Source of the DNA: Lytechinus pictus
Taxonomy: Eukaryota
Direction: 5' to 3'
Length of the DNA: 64,000 nt
Assembly (NCBI RefSeq): GCF_037042905.1
Contig: NC_087246.1
Span: 1,304,001-1,368,000, forward strand
Position numbers and translations under genes: made by a program. Shown here in pieces: positions 24,924 to 37,257 of the stretch. The notes beneath the pieces were generated by a model that worked only from the letters and a program-made list of their open reading frames with translations, was not told where the DNA came from and did not search any database. Positions within the stretch are counted from its first letter, which is position 1. Each line of letters opens with the position of its first letter.

Positions 24924-27016
24924 GTAATAAATCACAAAGAACCAGTTTAAACTGGACCAGTCTGACCAGTAGAATTTCAACTGGTAACTCGATCTGGAAA
25001 TTGCAACATTGGTTACTTGTCTTACTGGTTCAGTGCTGCGCGTATATTTGTCCATATGAAATTAGACTGGATCAACTAAGCTAGACCAGTCAATTTAAAA
25101 AGTTACAAGTTGAAATTCCACTTGTCAAACTGATCTTGAATTACTAACTCGAAATTAAAGTGGTCTTAATATAATATTAGTCTACTGGAGTTTGTTACTG
25201 GTCACAATATTATTACTTGTGTCCTAATCTAGTAGTACTCAACTGGATTCCATACTGATCTTTCTTGGTCAAAATGCAACACGTCTTTTTTAATTATTTT
25301 TTAAAGAGATTGGGTGGTCCAGTTTAAACTGGTTTTAAACTGGTCCAGTTTAAACTGGTTTTCAGGACCAACACTTGCCCAAGTAAAGAAAAATACGTCA
25401 TGGCGTACGGTACCGTGAAGCTAATCATGAGATGGAATAGATGGTTCATAAATTAATCTTTCTGCTCTAATTTGAAATATAGGGCCTATTCTAAGTCCTA
25501 CACATACTTCTTCAGAATCTTTTGCATTGTCACTCTAAAGTATGATTTATTGCTTTTAAAAAATGCAAATAACTAAACCACGTAAACAGCACCATCCAAT
25601 TTTGTTAGTACTGGTCCAGTTGAAAATCAAGTGGCCCAATTTATAAATCTACTGGAGTCTACTAGATAAAATAAAATTATAGAGTACTGTACCAAAGTGA
25701 TGACGTCACGAAATTTTTCTTCTTCGAATTTGAGTGATTTATAGGCCTAGTTTGGTAGGGCATGATGAAATACCTCCACATCCAAACATGGTGGGAATCG
25801 GTCCGTAGGCATATAGGCTGATAGGGGCTTTAAGACCTAATGAATCCCGTTACATTAGGCCATAAAATTAGGTACCGTATACATAATTAGCCCCATTGAA
25901 GTCAATAAATCATTGGACTGGTTCCTAGATTACAATGGGGCAAATCATGTATTCATATTTCTTGAGGTCATATCTAAGGTAAATTTCCAATTCGTCTACT
26001 GCCAACTCGTTCACTTCCCACATGGTCTACCTTAATTTAGTCTAATTAACATTCCATCTAAATTTCGCTCCAACCGTTTATTCCAATCATCACTTCGTCT
26101 TATCACCTGTTCGTTTATGACAATTTCCTCTCATAACCTTTTGGTCTAATATCCATTTTAGTTCCAATAATTTTAACCGATTAACACTTAGTCCAATTAG
26201 ACCAAATGGTTAGGACTAAATGGTTATTGGACCAACTGGTTGTTAGACAAAATGGTGAGTGAAAAAAATACTCTTTTAAATTAAAATAATGCTCTAAATA
26301 GCCCTTTATTCCCTTTAATTTTGTTAATTTGAGCCCCCTAAATGTGCATGCGCCGGGTCAAGCTAGTGTTTATCTGGTAGCCCGAGTCGAGTTCTACAAG
26401 TTAGGATACCTGATTGCCCCGGCTAAGCCGTCGGCATATCCCTGGGTGCCCTCGAAAAAAAAAATTAAAAATTTCATGCCCTTTATTTCACTGACGTTTG
26501 TCCCCCCAATGTTCTCGTACTTGGGCAAGCCAGTCTTTTTATGGTTGCCCGAGACGTGCTGCACCTGTTAGATCCCCTAATCAGCTTTCAAACACCATAG
26601 TTTTTGAAAATCGAATATCGAATATTGGGCCAACTTCACATGCGTTTGAATATCGAACCTGAATATCAAACCAACTTCACAGTTTGAATATCAAATATCG
26701 AATATCAAACCAACTTCATGCCGGTCTTGAATCCTTGAATCCGAAAGTGGACTCTTGAACAGGACGACAATACTTCAATGCAACACACGTGGCGCGCGCG
26801 AGGCGCGGCGGTATAATACGGTACGGGACGTCGCTACCGGTGCAGTGATGCCCGGTGATTTTTTTTCCAAGCCGATTCGATCAGCTTTTGTTTTAAAAAA
26901 TGGTGGAAATGAGATCCATTGCTAAGTCGATGGCTGCATGTTTTTGCTATTATTTTTCATGCTCTTAATATATAAATGTCGCAAAACAAGAACTAAAAAT
27001 GTATAAGAGGAAGATG

Positions 27017-27389
27017 CAGTAGCGTACCTAGGATTTTCCACAGGGGGGGGGGGGGGCAAAATCGTCCGCCCAAAAATTTGACACGCCTAGAAAAGGTCTT
27101 GACTTAAACCACAAATAGGCCTAAAGGATTTCGTACCAGAAAAAAAAAACAGGAAAAAAAAATGATCCTCAACAGGATGTAAAGGACATTTCGCACCAGA
27201 AAAAAATTGACAAGCAAAAAAAAAGAAGAAAAAAGAAGGTATTCAACTTCAAAGGAGGGGGCCACTATGGTGGCTTGTCAGGGATCAGTTGTGACTCATC
27301 AGGGGGGGGGGGGCATAGCTAGGGACACGTCCCTTGCATGGGTTGTGAGTGTGACTCGTAAGGGGGGGGGCAGTATAGGTACGCTAGTG
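27017..27389. mobile_element. hAT-type MITE, TIR CASTAGCGTACCTA, 8-bp TSD GGAAGATG
   Basis: TSD at 27009-27016 and 27390-27397. Confidence 0.8.
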
Positions 27390-30079
27390 GGAAGATGTTG
27401 CCTGAGAAAGACGTATCCAGCCGGTTGTGGTAAAAAAAAAAATGTATATATATATAGGGGAAGGCGGGGTAAGTTGAGCCACCACCCCCGGGCTAATAAT
27501 AGAGTTTTATTTTTTTTTATTTGTGACGTCATATATGCGAGCATTTCTCTTTCTTTTTAAAGCAGGTATTTCTGCATTTATTCAAAATTGCAAATTTATA
27601 ACAATTATTTAAAATCAAACATACATAATGATCAAATTACAACGGTGACAATGTAGTTTTAGGGGGCACCACATTTTTTTGAAAAGCAAAAAAAAATGAC
27701 AAGCAAAAAAAATTGAAGCAAAAAAAAAAGGTTATCAACAAAAAATTTAGGGGGCGGGGGTTCGTAACCCCACCTAAAATTTAGGGGGGATACTCCCCCC
27801 GCCCCCACTTCCGCCGCCTATGGTTATAAGAAGATATAGACATAATTCATGTAAACAATAACAAATGAATTCAAATGCAGAGACCAGCTACCGTAAGCTG
27901 AATGCTTGAAAAAATAGCAGCCATATATATGGCTAAAATCAATTCAATAATGGTTTGTTAAAAACATGCCTCGCAGCCAAAGGCTGAATAATTATTTTGT
28001 ACAACAATTTACAACAATAGAATAATACTCAAATACAAACATGAAATGATATCAAATTACTAGTACTTCTTAATATAATACAAGGAAATAAATTATTTGA
28101 AAAGAATAGGCTTCATCATTTCAAGCGTCAATACAAACCACATAAAATAGGCTATCAAATTATCTTTTTACTCACAAGGTGTATCAATTGTTTTCAATTA
28201 TGCATATTAAAAAAAATGTGCGACACCACGTGCATAATCTCTCTCGAAAAAAAAAAAGATGATAAAGAAACTAATTTAAATATAGAGACAATAGGTAGAA
28301 AAGTAAAGAAAAAAAGAATAAAAAAGAAAACAAAAGGGAAAAGAAAAGACAAGAAACAAAGAAAAAAGAGCAAAAGTCAAAAAGAAAAGAATGAAACAGT
28401 AAAGAAAGGAAAAGAAAATCAACTACGAAACGAAAAGTAGATGAACAAAATATGAAAATAATAAAAACAAAACGGAAAAGGGGATAAAAAATAAAGAAAG
28501 TGAAAAGAAATCACGAGGGAGAACTAAGAAATAATATTAGAACACGAGAAAAGAATGAAGAAAAAAATTACATGAAAAGAAGCTAATCGAATAAAAACAA
28601 AAGGCCGTTAAAATAGTGATTTATTCACTGGCTGCCACGCAGCCAAACCATCGAAAAAGAAATTACGCCACTAAGTTAGACTTATGAATATTCATATTAC
28701 CCTTTCTCGCATGCCTCATACGATAGCCTTTTGTCAAAGACTTCTAGTATATTTCTATAGGATCCTCAGTGAATAAACAGGGTGAAATTAATAGGAAGAG
28801 CGTATTATAAACGTATTATAATCGATTATTATTTTATTTTTTGTTTTTATAAGGATTAGGCTATTATTTTTCTTTTGTTTTTGTTTTCTGCTAGCACGAA
28901 GATAAAAATCAATTTATCTCGTTGCCTCGTCAAAAGGCTATATCAATCCTCCCCAAGCAATGTGGGGAAGTTACAAATTGATGCAGAGGTTCGAGCCCGA
29001 GCCCGTGGTCACGTCTTTCGGATGGTGACGTTAAAGGTCGGTCCCAGACGTAAATAATCATATCTGATTGATACACGTCTGACAAAACTCAAATACACAC
29101 ACACACACACACATGCTTCCTGTACAAACGACTTTTAATGCACACCGGCAAAATTTTCCGACGTTTTTGCTTCGTTTTGGGGAATTATTTCGAAGTTTTG
29201 AGGGCCGCCCATATTGCGGCTTAAGTTGTAAGTAGGCCTATGTATTGATTCCTTTGTAACAGTTTTGTGCAATTTTATGTATTTTTGATTGATTCCCGAT
29301 GCTCATCTGGTTTGATCTGGTGAGCCGGGGTGAATCACAACGCAGCCCGAACACAGTACGTGTTCGGGCTGCCGCAGTAAGTGAATTTCATGAAAATAAT
29401 GTGTTTGATATGATTGAATTCATGAAAAGTGTTCGGTAATACGATCCACTACCATACAGAGAAACGAGCCCTGAGCCTGAGGCTGAGGCAGCCGGCTGCA
29501 GCTGCAGAGGCTCAGCTAGCCAGCCAGCTGTGCATGAAGCTGCGCTGCCATCCGAGCTCGAAGGAACTTCCCCGACGACACGGGCGGAGTTCTTTTGAAT
29601 TTACGATGCCGTACCGCAATCGGCTCGTGAGATGAGACCAGGCCAGGCACAGCTGAATTAAACAGGAATAGCAAATTCAAATAGATGTAGAGAAAATTCT
29701 GTTCATCAAGTTAAGAAAGAGTAAGACTTACTGATCCTGTTCAGATGGCTGGTTTTATGATTTGAAACATTTACGATGAGAAAAAAGATTGAAACATGAC
29801 GTGAATAATCACGGATAGCAACGATAAACAACATCGTCTCCGATCGATCCGCGACGGGCCTATCTAAATAGTAATATCTTAAATGTCTCGATACATAAAT
29901 GGAAATTTCTAGGTACAAAAATTATTAAAATTTTTACAAAATTTTTACTATATTTAAAAATATAAATTTCAATACAAAGCGATCATTATTTTTTAAAATC
30001 TAAATAAAATTCTATATAAAAGAAGCGTATGACTGATCGAGACTGGGTCATAAGTTCTTGCTGAAATCGGTAGGTCGAA

Positions 30080-30182
30080 ATGGCTTCACAAATGTTGAAC
30101 GTTTTTCGTCGTCAATTTTCCACATCCTTGACAAGGAGATCAACGGCAGCAGCTCACGGACCAGCAGCAGAAGATGCAGCAG
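30080..30182 (+). CDS. COX6A: COX6A exon 1 coding part (mitochondrial presequence)
   Basis: aaaATGG start; donor CAG|GTATGT; phase 1 matches exon 2. Confidence 0.88.
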
Positions 30183-33100
30183 GTATGTGGATGTAAAGAT
30201 TATCCATATGAATGTTGTGATTTTTTTAGTTTTTTGCCTTTTGTTGGATGACTTTTTTTACTAGTGTACCGGCGCAGATGCCGTAGCGCCGCACAGGCGC
30301 GGCATGCGATCGCACAAAGAGTCAAGACGGGCAGCCATTTCGTTGGATGTGCTCTGTGAGTCTGTCGTAGGCGTAGCGTTGCCGTGCATTGCCGTGCCGA
30401 GTAGCCAGGCGGCTTCTTGAGAGTAAAATTATTGGTTACACTTCGTAATTCCGAAGGTTCTTTATTCCGAAGGTTCGTAATTCCGAAACACGTAAATTGC
30501 CTATACCTCGATGTTCGTTAATCCGAAAACGTAAAACTAAAAGGGTTCGTTAATCCGAACATTTGTGGCGTTATTCCGAAGGTTCGATAATCCGAAAACG
30601 AAATAAGGTTCGATGTTCCGAAGGTTCGTTAATCCGAAACGAAATAAGGTTCGTTGTTCCGAAGTTTCGTTAGTCCGAAAACGAAATAAGGTTCGTTAGT
30701 CATTTCGTTTTCGGACTAACGAACCTTCGGAATTACGAACCTCATTTCGTTTCGGACTAACGAACCTTCGGAATTACAAACCTTCTTTCGTTTTCGGATT
30801 AATGAACCTTCGGAATTACGAAGCTTCGGAAATACGAACCTTCGGAATAACCGAACCTTCGGAATAACGAAGCTTCAGAATTACGAATGTATGCGAAATT
30901 ATTTACTAACGTATGCTTACTCTCAATGAAGCCAGGGATTCCTTCCTATTCATCTGTGTGTACCGCAAAAAAAACCTGAAACTTTCACCCCCGAGATTTC
31001 TACTTCTAAAACATCTAGCCATAATTAAATCATGTACTGGTACATGGGATAAAACTTAATTTCCGACATTTCTACGCTCTCGGTTCTATTTTTAAACAAG
31101 AATTCATAAAAAAAATGAGAAAAATATTGTGAAAAGACGGAAGAGACTTGCCCGATGTTTATGCCGCCATCTTGTTTCTTATTGTACTTCCCCAACGTTA
31201 CGCGACGCGTGCGTCGCGTTACGTGAAAGAGATTAAGCAGTAGAGGCGCACGGCCGATATTGGAGACTGTCTCCAATGTGGGAGATTATCTCCAATATCA
31301 GAGACTTTTGTAAAGATTTTGGGTATCCAATTTCAGAGACAGTCTCCAGTTTTGGAGACCAATTTCCTTTGTTTACATTTGCTGCAAAAGGATTACCTTG
31401 GCGGCAAATAAAAATGTGATAAGCAGATTCCTCATGAAAAAATTACCCCTTTTCACCATCTACTTTAAAAATTCACCGTCTACTTTTGTTTTGATAAGGA
31501 TTTTTGTTGTCAATCACACACAAAACAAATGGGCTTCTGACCTCAGACAAAATTTTGGGTGGAAAAAATCATGCTTTTGTTGGTGTTGTTTCTTTTGTCC
31601 TTTTGCAAAGCAAGTCTCCAATGTGGGAGATTGCCTCCCCTATTGGAGAGAGTCTCCCATATTGGCCGTGATTGCAAATGCACCATGTACACTGGACACT
31701 CACACATATTATACTTGTGGAAGAAGATTGAGCTTGGACGAAAGCTAGACCTGGAAACTTGGCTGCAGCTTTCTGCATTTTTCCAGTACATCGGTAATAA
31801 AAAAAAAATAAATAAAATAAAAATATATAGATCTAAATGTCGCATTATTCAGACAACGGCAGGATGGAAAATAAAAGAGAATAGAAGTCGTAAATATCTC
31901 AGATTACTAAACGGACGATCAGGAACATTTTAAAATTGTTTTGAGATGCTAACAAGTAAAACTATTTAATATACCTTTCGTAATGAACTCCCGTTCTCAA
32001 AAAAGAAATATAAATGACGCATTATTCACAACAGCGGGAAGGAATATAAAACAGAATAGAAGTCGTAAATATCTCAGATTAATAAACTGAAAATCAGGAA
32101 CATTTTGAAATTGTTTTGAGGTGCTAACAAGTGATAACATATTTTATATACCTTCCGTTTTGAACTCCCGTTCTCCAAGAAGAAATATAAAGGACGCATT
32201 TTCTCGACATTGTCAGAAAGGAAAATGAAAATTAAGCATATCACGGCGATCTCAAATTAATTGCACGATCTATCAGGAAGTGTTTTAAAATTGCTTTGAC
32301 TTCGAAACGGTTTAAATATTGCGCTAAGAGGTATTTCAAATGGCCACCGATCATACCAATATACTTTGTATAATCGGCAATCGGCGTGAAACAGCCAATC
32401 AGCCGTTGTTCATTTAAGGTCATTGAACTTTGGCCAAATTGCTGTCATAATTTTCAAAGTTTATGGATATAGTTTATGAAATGTGGACATAGGGGTAATC
32501 GAGTATCAGTGACAAGTCTTAGGTCTCATGATCAAGGTCAAATGTCATTTAGGGTCAATGAACGTAGTCAAGGCTCGACATTAGCGGTGGCCCGGGGCCA
32601 CCAGAAATTCACCTCGGGCAACCATTATTGATAAAATGTTAAGTTTTGGTGGCCCGAATCGGGCAACCAATAATTTTCAAAGTAGCGCAATTTTTCTCCC
32701 GATTTTGCACACATTTATCAACTTTCTACAGTTCAAATTGCAACCCAATTCGTCATGCGCCCTTTTTGTTGATCTACACACAAATACACACACACAAAGT
32801 TTGCATATTAGGCCTACAGCTATAGCATACAGTAGCTATTATCCAGCCAGCCGCGCCGGCCGGCTGGCGTGAGCTTTGCATGAAGCCACTGCATACAAAT
32901 TGCATACTGCATACTGCATACAAGACAGTCAAAGTCACATTTTACACCAATGAAATGACATTCTACAGTCTATATTACAAAAATTTGGTGTACCCTGATT
33001 ATTTGCAAGCATTAAGAAGAGGAATTATGACCTCTTTTTTTACTACAAAAGACCGATTTCCAAATGAATTAATACACATAAAAACACATAGGCAAGTTCA

Positions 33101-36100
33101 TCACAGTCCCACGTGTGCATTTGTATGTATGTTGATACTTGGTTTCTTTCGAAGCTGTGTCTTTTCTAGCCAAAAATAAACAGACAGTTTCTTTCTTTCT
33201 TGTTTATAAATGACTTCTTAAACTATCTTGAGAAAGTAAATACTTTGGGAAGGCATTTCATTGATATGAAATGTGAATTTTTCCAACATTTTGGCAAATA
33301 TAGGGAAGGACTTTTCTCACACTTTTTTTCCAGATATAACTTTTGCCGTTTTCTTCTTATTTTTTTTTCTTTCATTTTTTTTACAGTGGTTAAACCATTT
33401 ATACCCCTTCCCATTGAATATGCCTGATTAAAAAATATGTTTCTACTGAAAAAAAAAAATAAACTAAAGGATATAAAAATAGAAATCTGCCATTCCCAGA
33501 AGGTAAGTGAAAATTATTTGCTTGGCTTTTAATTATATTCCAGTCAGAATAGACTGTTGCCACAGCTGTTAAAAAATATTTGTAATGGCTTTTTAATTTT
33601 CCCCTTTTCCCCATGTTTAAATTAAGTTTGTTTTATTCATTTTTCTTTCACTTTCTTTTCTTTTTTTCTCTCTAAATTTTTTCTTTTCTTTTTTTCCCTG
33701 TTCTTTGTTTTTTCTTTCTTCATTTTCTTTCTTTTGTTTTATTTCACTTATTTCTTTTATTATTTTTGTTTTCTTTTTGTAATATACTTTTCGACAATTA
33801 TTTTCATTTGTTTCCCCCTTTTATGCATTGTTCTAATTTTGCAGCATATATTTCTGTGATTTTCTCCTGCTATAATATGCTTCAAAAGAGAAAACAGAAA
33901 TAAACTGGATTTGGGGCCTGCATATAATCTAGGTTTTAGGATTCAAAGAGGAAGAAATGAAAAACCATTGTTTTGTACATCTATCTGAGTTTGCTATGCA
34001 CTATTTATTTACTTTACCAATATGAGTGTGTGTCTATACGGAGATTTAAAAAAAAGTCCACACAACCTGCGAACAATAAAATTCATTTATTCTCTTTCAA
34101 TCATTTCATTTTTACAACGATAGAAACAATTTATATTTTACCACAAGCCAATTAGCAAAGTAAAATAACAGCAAACAAGGTTTACATACAAGATGATAAA
34201 GTGAAAGTAACTAAGCGTAGTGGCTGCAGAATTAATATTTCAGAAGTTTGATTTATTAATTTTTAATGTGTTTCTTTATATTTTTCGGGCCACCAAACTT
34301 TAATATCGGGCCACCAAAAAAAATTATTTGATGGTTTTGGTCGCCCGAACGGGCCACCACAAAAAAAGTTAATGTGGAGCCTTGACGTAGTATTGTATCA
34401 TTATATGAATGGTGTTTTTTGTGAATTATTATTTCAAAGTAGTTTTCAAAGTCAGCACTGCTGCTATATTGAATCGCATAAAGCAGGTGAGACTGCCAGA
34501 GGCGCTCCACTTGTTGAGTGATAATGCCTGTGTGTATAACAATGGATTTGGTGTGTGCCATAGTGATTAAATGTGCTGGCTTGTGAAATAAATGTTACTT
34601 TCGAATCTCAGCACATTTTTTGTGAGAAAAAAAATAAATGGTTACACTACCATTTCTTTTATTGTGGAAAACAACTGTGCAATCGTAAATTGAAACCTTG
34701 TGGAGTTTCGATTGTTCAGCTGGGTTTCATGACAAAGGCAAAGTTGGCGATGTATCTACACATCAGCAGATTTTTCTTGTGGTTCCTAAAAAAATATTGG
34801 TCTAGCATTTTGCCTTTTCAGAGTGTTATATACTTACTTGATTAGGAGAATACAGTGGATTCTCGAAAAGAGATTATTAAATGGTAATTTTTTGCTTTGT
34901 TTTATCAGGTACGGCCAAGACATGGAAGTACATGTCATTTCTGGTAGCCTTGCCAGGTGTGATGTTCTGTATGGTGAATGCTTACAAAGGTGAAATGGAA
35001 CACAAAGCTCATCTTGCACATCACAAACCAGAGTTTGTTGCTTACTCACATCTTAGGATTAGGACAAAGGTGAGAATTATGAGGTGTAGTATCTACAGTG
35101 CTCATAAATAACAACTGTTAGAATTTATCAAATAAGCTTTTACATTCACATTTGGGAAATTTTGGAAATATACCCACTTTATAGCATTCAGAGTTATGAA
35201 CATTTTCGCAATGACCTTTATTTAGAAGGGACACTTTTTGAGAAAAGTGATGTTCGAAATCAAGAACAATTACTTTCTAAACCAATAGAGCCTTTGTGAC
35301 CACTATGGAATTTTTGTTATTTAATCATGGAAAGTCTTTCTTGGGCTGAGATAAGATAATTGTCTAATACAAACTTAAACATCACAGAAGTGGTTTACAG
35401 TATACCATGTGGAGAGTCATACAAATGTGGATAATGGATAGAGGTAGAAATGATATGGGATAGGTGAGAAAGTAAGAGTATTCCGTTCAGAATGGAGTGT
35501 AGCCCTTAAAAGGGACTGTAAACCAGAAAGAGTGAAGGAGCTTGAGTAGTTGAAGAGATGGGAGGCTTGAGTACTTGGAGAGATGAGAGAAGGCTGGCTT
35601 GAGAGAGGCATAGTGATTGAGAAAAGGCTGGCTCGAGTCGGTGAGTGGAGTAGGAGAGCAGGAGCAGGGCAGGTTGCCTGTCTGCCACTTTCTTGCCAAT
35701 CCAATTCACTTTTATACCTCTATCCACTTTCCTTAGTCCTTTCCAGGACTTTCCTCGTGATGTTCGGTAAACCACTTCTGCAATTATCCATACCACCATA
35801 CAAACCTTCAAACATCAATTGAACTGAAAACTCTTGCAATTACTACACATGTATGATATCACAACTGCAATATATTAAATTACCACATCCCTTTGATTCC
35901 CCTTCACTATTTCTAGAATTTATTGGGATATTATAAATGATTTGATTTTTCAAGGATTTAATTAATCTCAGGCCATGGATGCCATTAGGTCCCTATCTAT
36001 TGACCTCAATAACTCTATCATTAGCCTCTGAGATGCTTGTATTTATTCCTTAACTAATTCTTTCAATCTGTGGATTATTGAAAGAATGTATCGTGAATAA

Positions 36101-36763
36101 AAGAAAAAATGACATTGCTCTAAAACTTGTGCAATTTAGGCCCTATATGTACCAACAATTTATTCTTTTTTTAAATAATTTTTTTCATCAAATGTGTTTT
36201 TACAAGGTTGATTTAATTTGATAAATTTGAATGATTTGATGGCAATCTGATTTTTTAAAGTCCAGTATTTGTTTTCAAATTTGTGTGAAACACACACTTA
36301 ATTGACATGTTTGTAATTTACGAACTTTGTAGATGTATATATTAATTTGAAATGCTCTATGGAAAAAAAAAATACAATAAAAGGGCTTTGACTTCCAAAT
36401 TCATAAAACTTATGGATGTATTTATTTCTTTATTGCAAGAAATGCCAAATATCTTGTTACATCTGAACATCGACATCGTCATATAAAGAATATTCTTCCA
36501 CAAAAAAATATGTACTGGTTCCTAGGGTAAGGTTAAAGTTATCAACAATTACAAAGGAAATGATTTTACCAATGGTCACCTAAGCTATAAACCTTTAATT
36601 TCTCCCTACTGTAAATTGACAAACTTGCAATTCTTCTTGTTATTGATATAACTTGAAGTCATATATTTCCTTTCATTTTCAGGCCTTCCCATGGGGAGAT
36701 GGCAACCATTCTCTCTTCCACAATGCTGAGTCCAACGCTCTCCCCGAGGGTTATGAAGAATAA
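30080..36763 (+). CDS. COX6A: Cytochrome c oxidase subunit 6A, mitochondrial; join(30080..30182,34909..35069,36683..36763), 114 aa
   Basis: Arg/Ser/Thr-rich presequence [22 protein letters not shown] segment [19 protein letters not shown]; family motifs [27 protein letters not shown] and [12 protein letters not shown]; GT-AG introns in phases 1 and 0. Confidence 0.95.
30434..30895. mobile_element. Foldback MITE of opposed TTCCGAAGGTTCG arrays, TSD AAATTATT
   Basis: TSD at 30426-30433 and 30896-30903; the array orientation flips near 30700. Confidence 0.8.
31238..31670 (+). repeat. ~430-bp dispersed repeat, copy B (CACGGCC...GGCCGTG inverted ends), in COX6A intron 1
   Basis: Near-identical to 22174-22612. 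Confidence 0.8.
31841..32210 (+). repeat. Tandem repeat, ~177-bp unit, about 2 copies
   Basis: cgcatt recurs at 31841, 32018 and 32195; aatagaagtcgtaaatatctcagatta occurs twice. Confidence 0.8.
32410..34515 (-). mobile_element. Truncated HINE-like element split by a 1.8-kb insertion
   Basis: Core repeat at 32410-32568; family end (cagcactgctgctatattgaatcgc...ccacttgtt) at 34392-34515. Confidence 0.65.
32569..34384. mobile_element. Non-autonomous DNA transposon, 15-bp TIR CAAGGCTCSACATTA, 7-bp TSD ACGTAGT
   Basis: TSD at 32562-32568 and 34385-34391; TIR matches at 14/15 positions. Confidence 0.82.
34909..35069 (+). CDS. COX6A: COX6A exon 2
   Basis: tttatcAG acceptor; AAG|GTGAGA donor; TM helix and HLRIRTK. 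Confidence 0.95.
36683..36763 (+). CDS. COX6A: COX6A exon 3 ([26 protein letters not shown])
   Basis: ttttcAG acceptor; conserved C-terminus; TAA at 36761-36763. Confidence 0.95.
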   Translation, partial: AFPWGDGNHSLFHNAESNALPEGYEE

Positions 36764-37251
36764 CTCCACTGCTCTCCAGATGTCTAAAGTCTTTGTCTTT
36801 TATTGTATCAAGAGATTTGCATTTGAAAGCTGTTAATGTTTATACACGTGTGGAACTGATCTACTCTTCAGATTTGACTTTGATGTGTCATACTGCACTA
36901 CATAAAAAATTGGAACAGTGATAATGAAGAATATTATTTGAATGATAAAATTGCCCATTTGCTGTTGCAATGAAGATGCATCCAAATTACACTCTCCTTT
37001 ATTTTATTGCTGATTATCAAATGGCCACTTTAATTAATGGATGAAATGCTAAGTTCATGTCATTCATTGGGAAGTAAATATACCACTTTCATTTTAAACC
37101 AAGTAACCAATCCTTGATATTTCTATTGTAAATTAATCTCAAGATTATCTATGTGCTGTGTATTGATATAAACAGCTAGAATCTTATGCATTGATAACTG
37201 CAATCTATGTGTATAGTGAAGCACTTTTCTCACCAAACTTCGCTGTTGGAT

Positions 37252-37257
37252 ATTAAA
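37252..37257 (+). terminator. Candidate polyadenylation signal (ATTAAA) of COX6A
   Basis: ATTAAA about 490 nt after the stop, followed by a GT/T-rich tract. Confidence 0.4.

Noticed and set aside
25587..25646. Possible second RecQ exon (HHPILLVLVQL)
   Set aside because: Lacks the SPL motif Ia and hits a stop within 20 codons; likely chance.
28216..28440. Lys-rich ORF
   Set aside because: A-rich low-complexity DNA.
30434..30895. CRISPR-like short repeat array
   Set aside because: No unique spacers; the orientation inverts at the centre; it is flanked by a TSD; eukaryotic intron with no cas genes. The same applies to the arrays at 3821-4207, 7005-8230 and 8930-9730.
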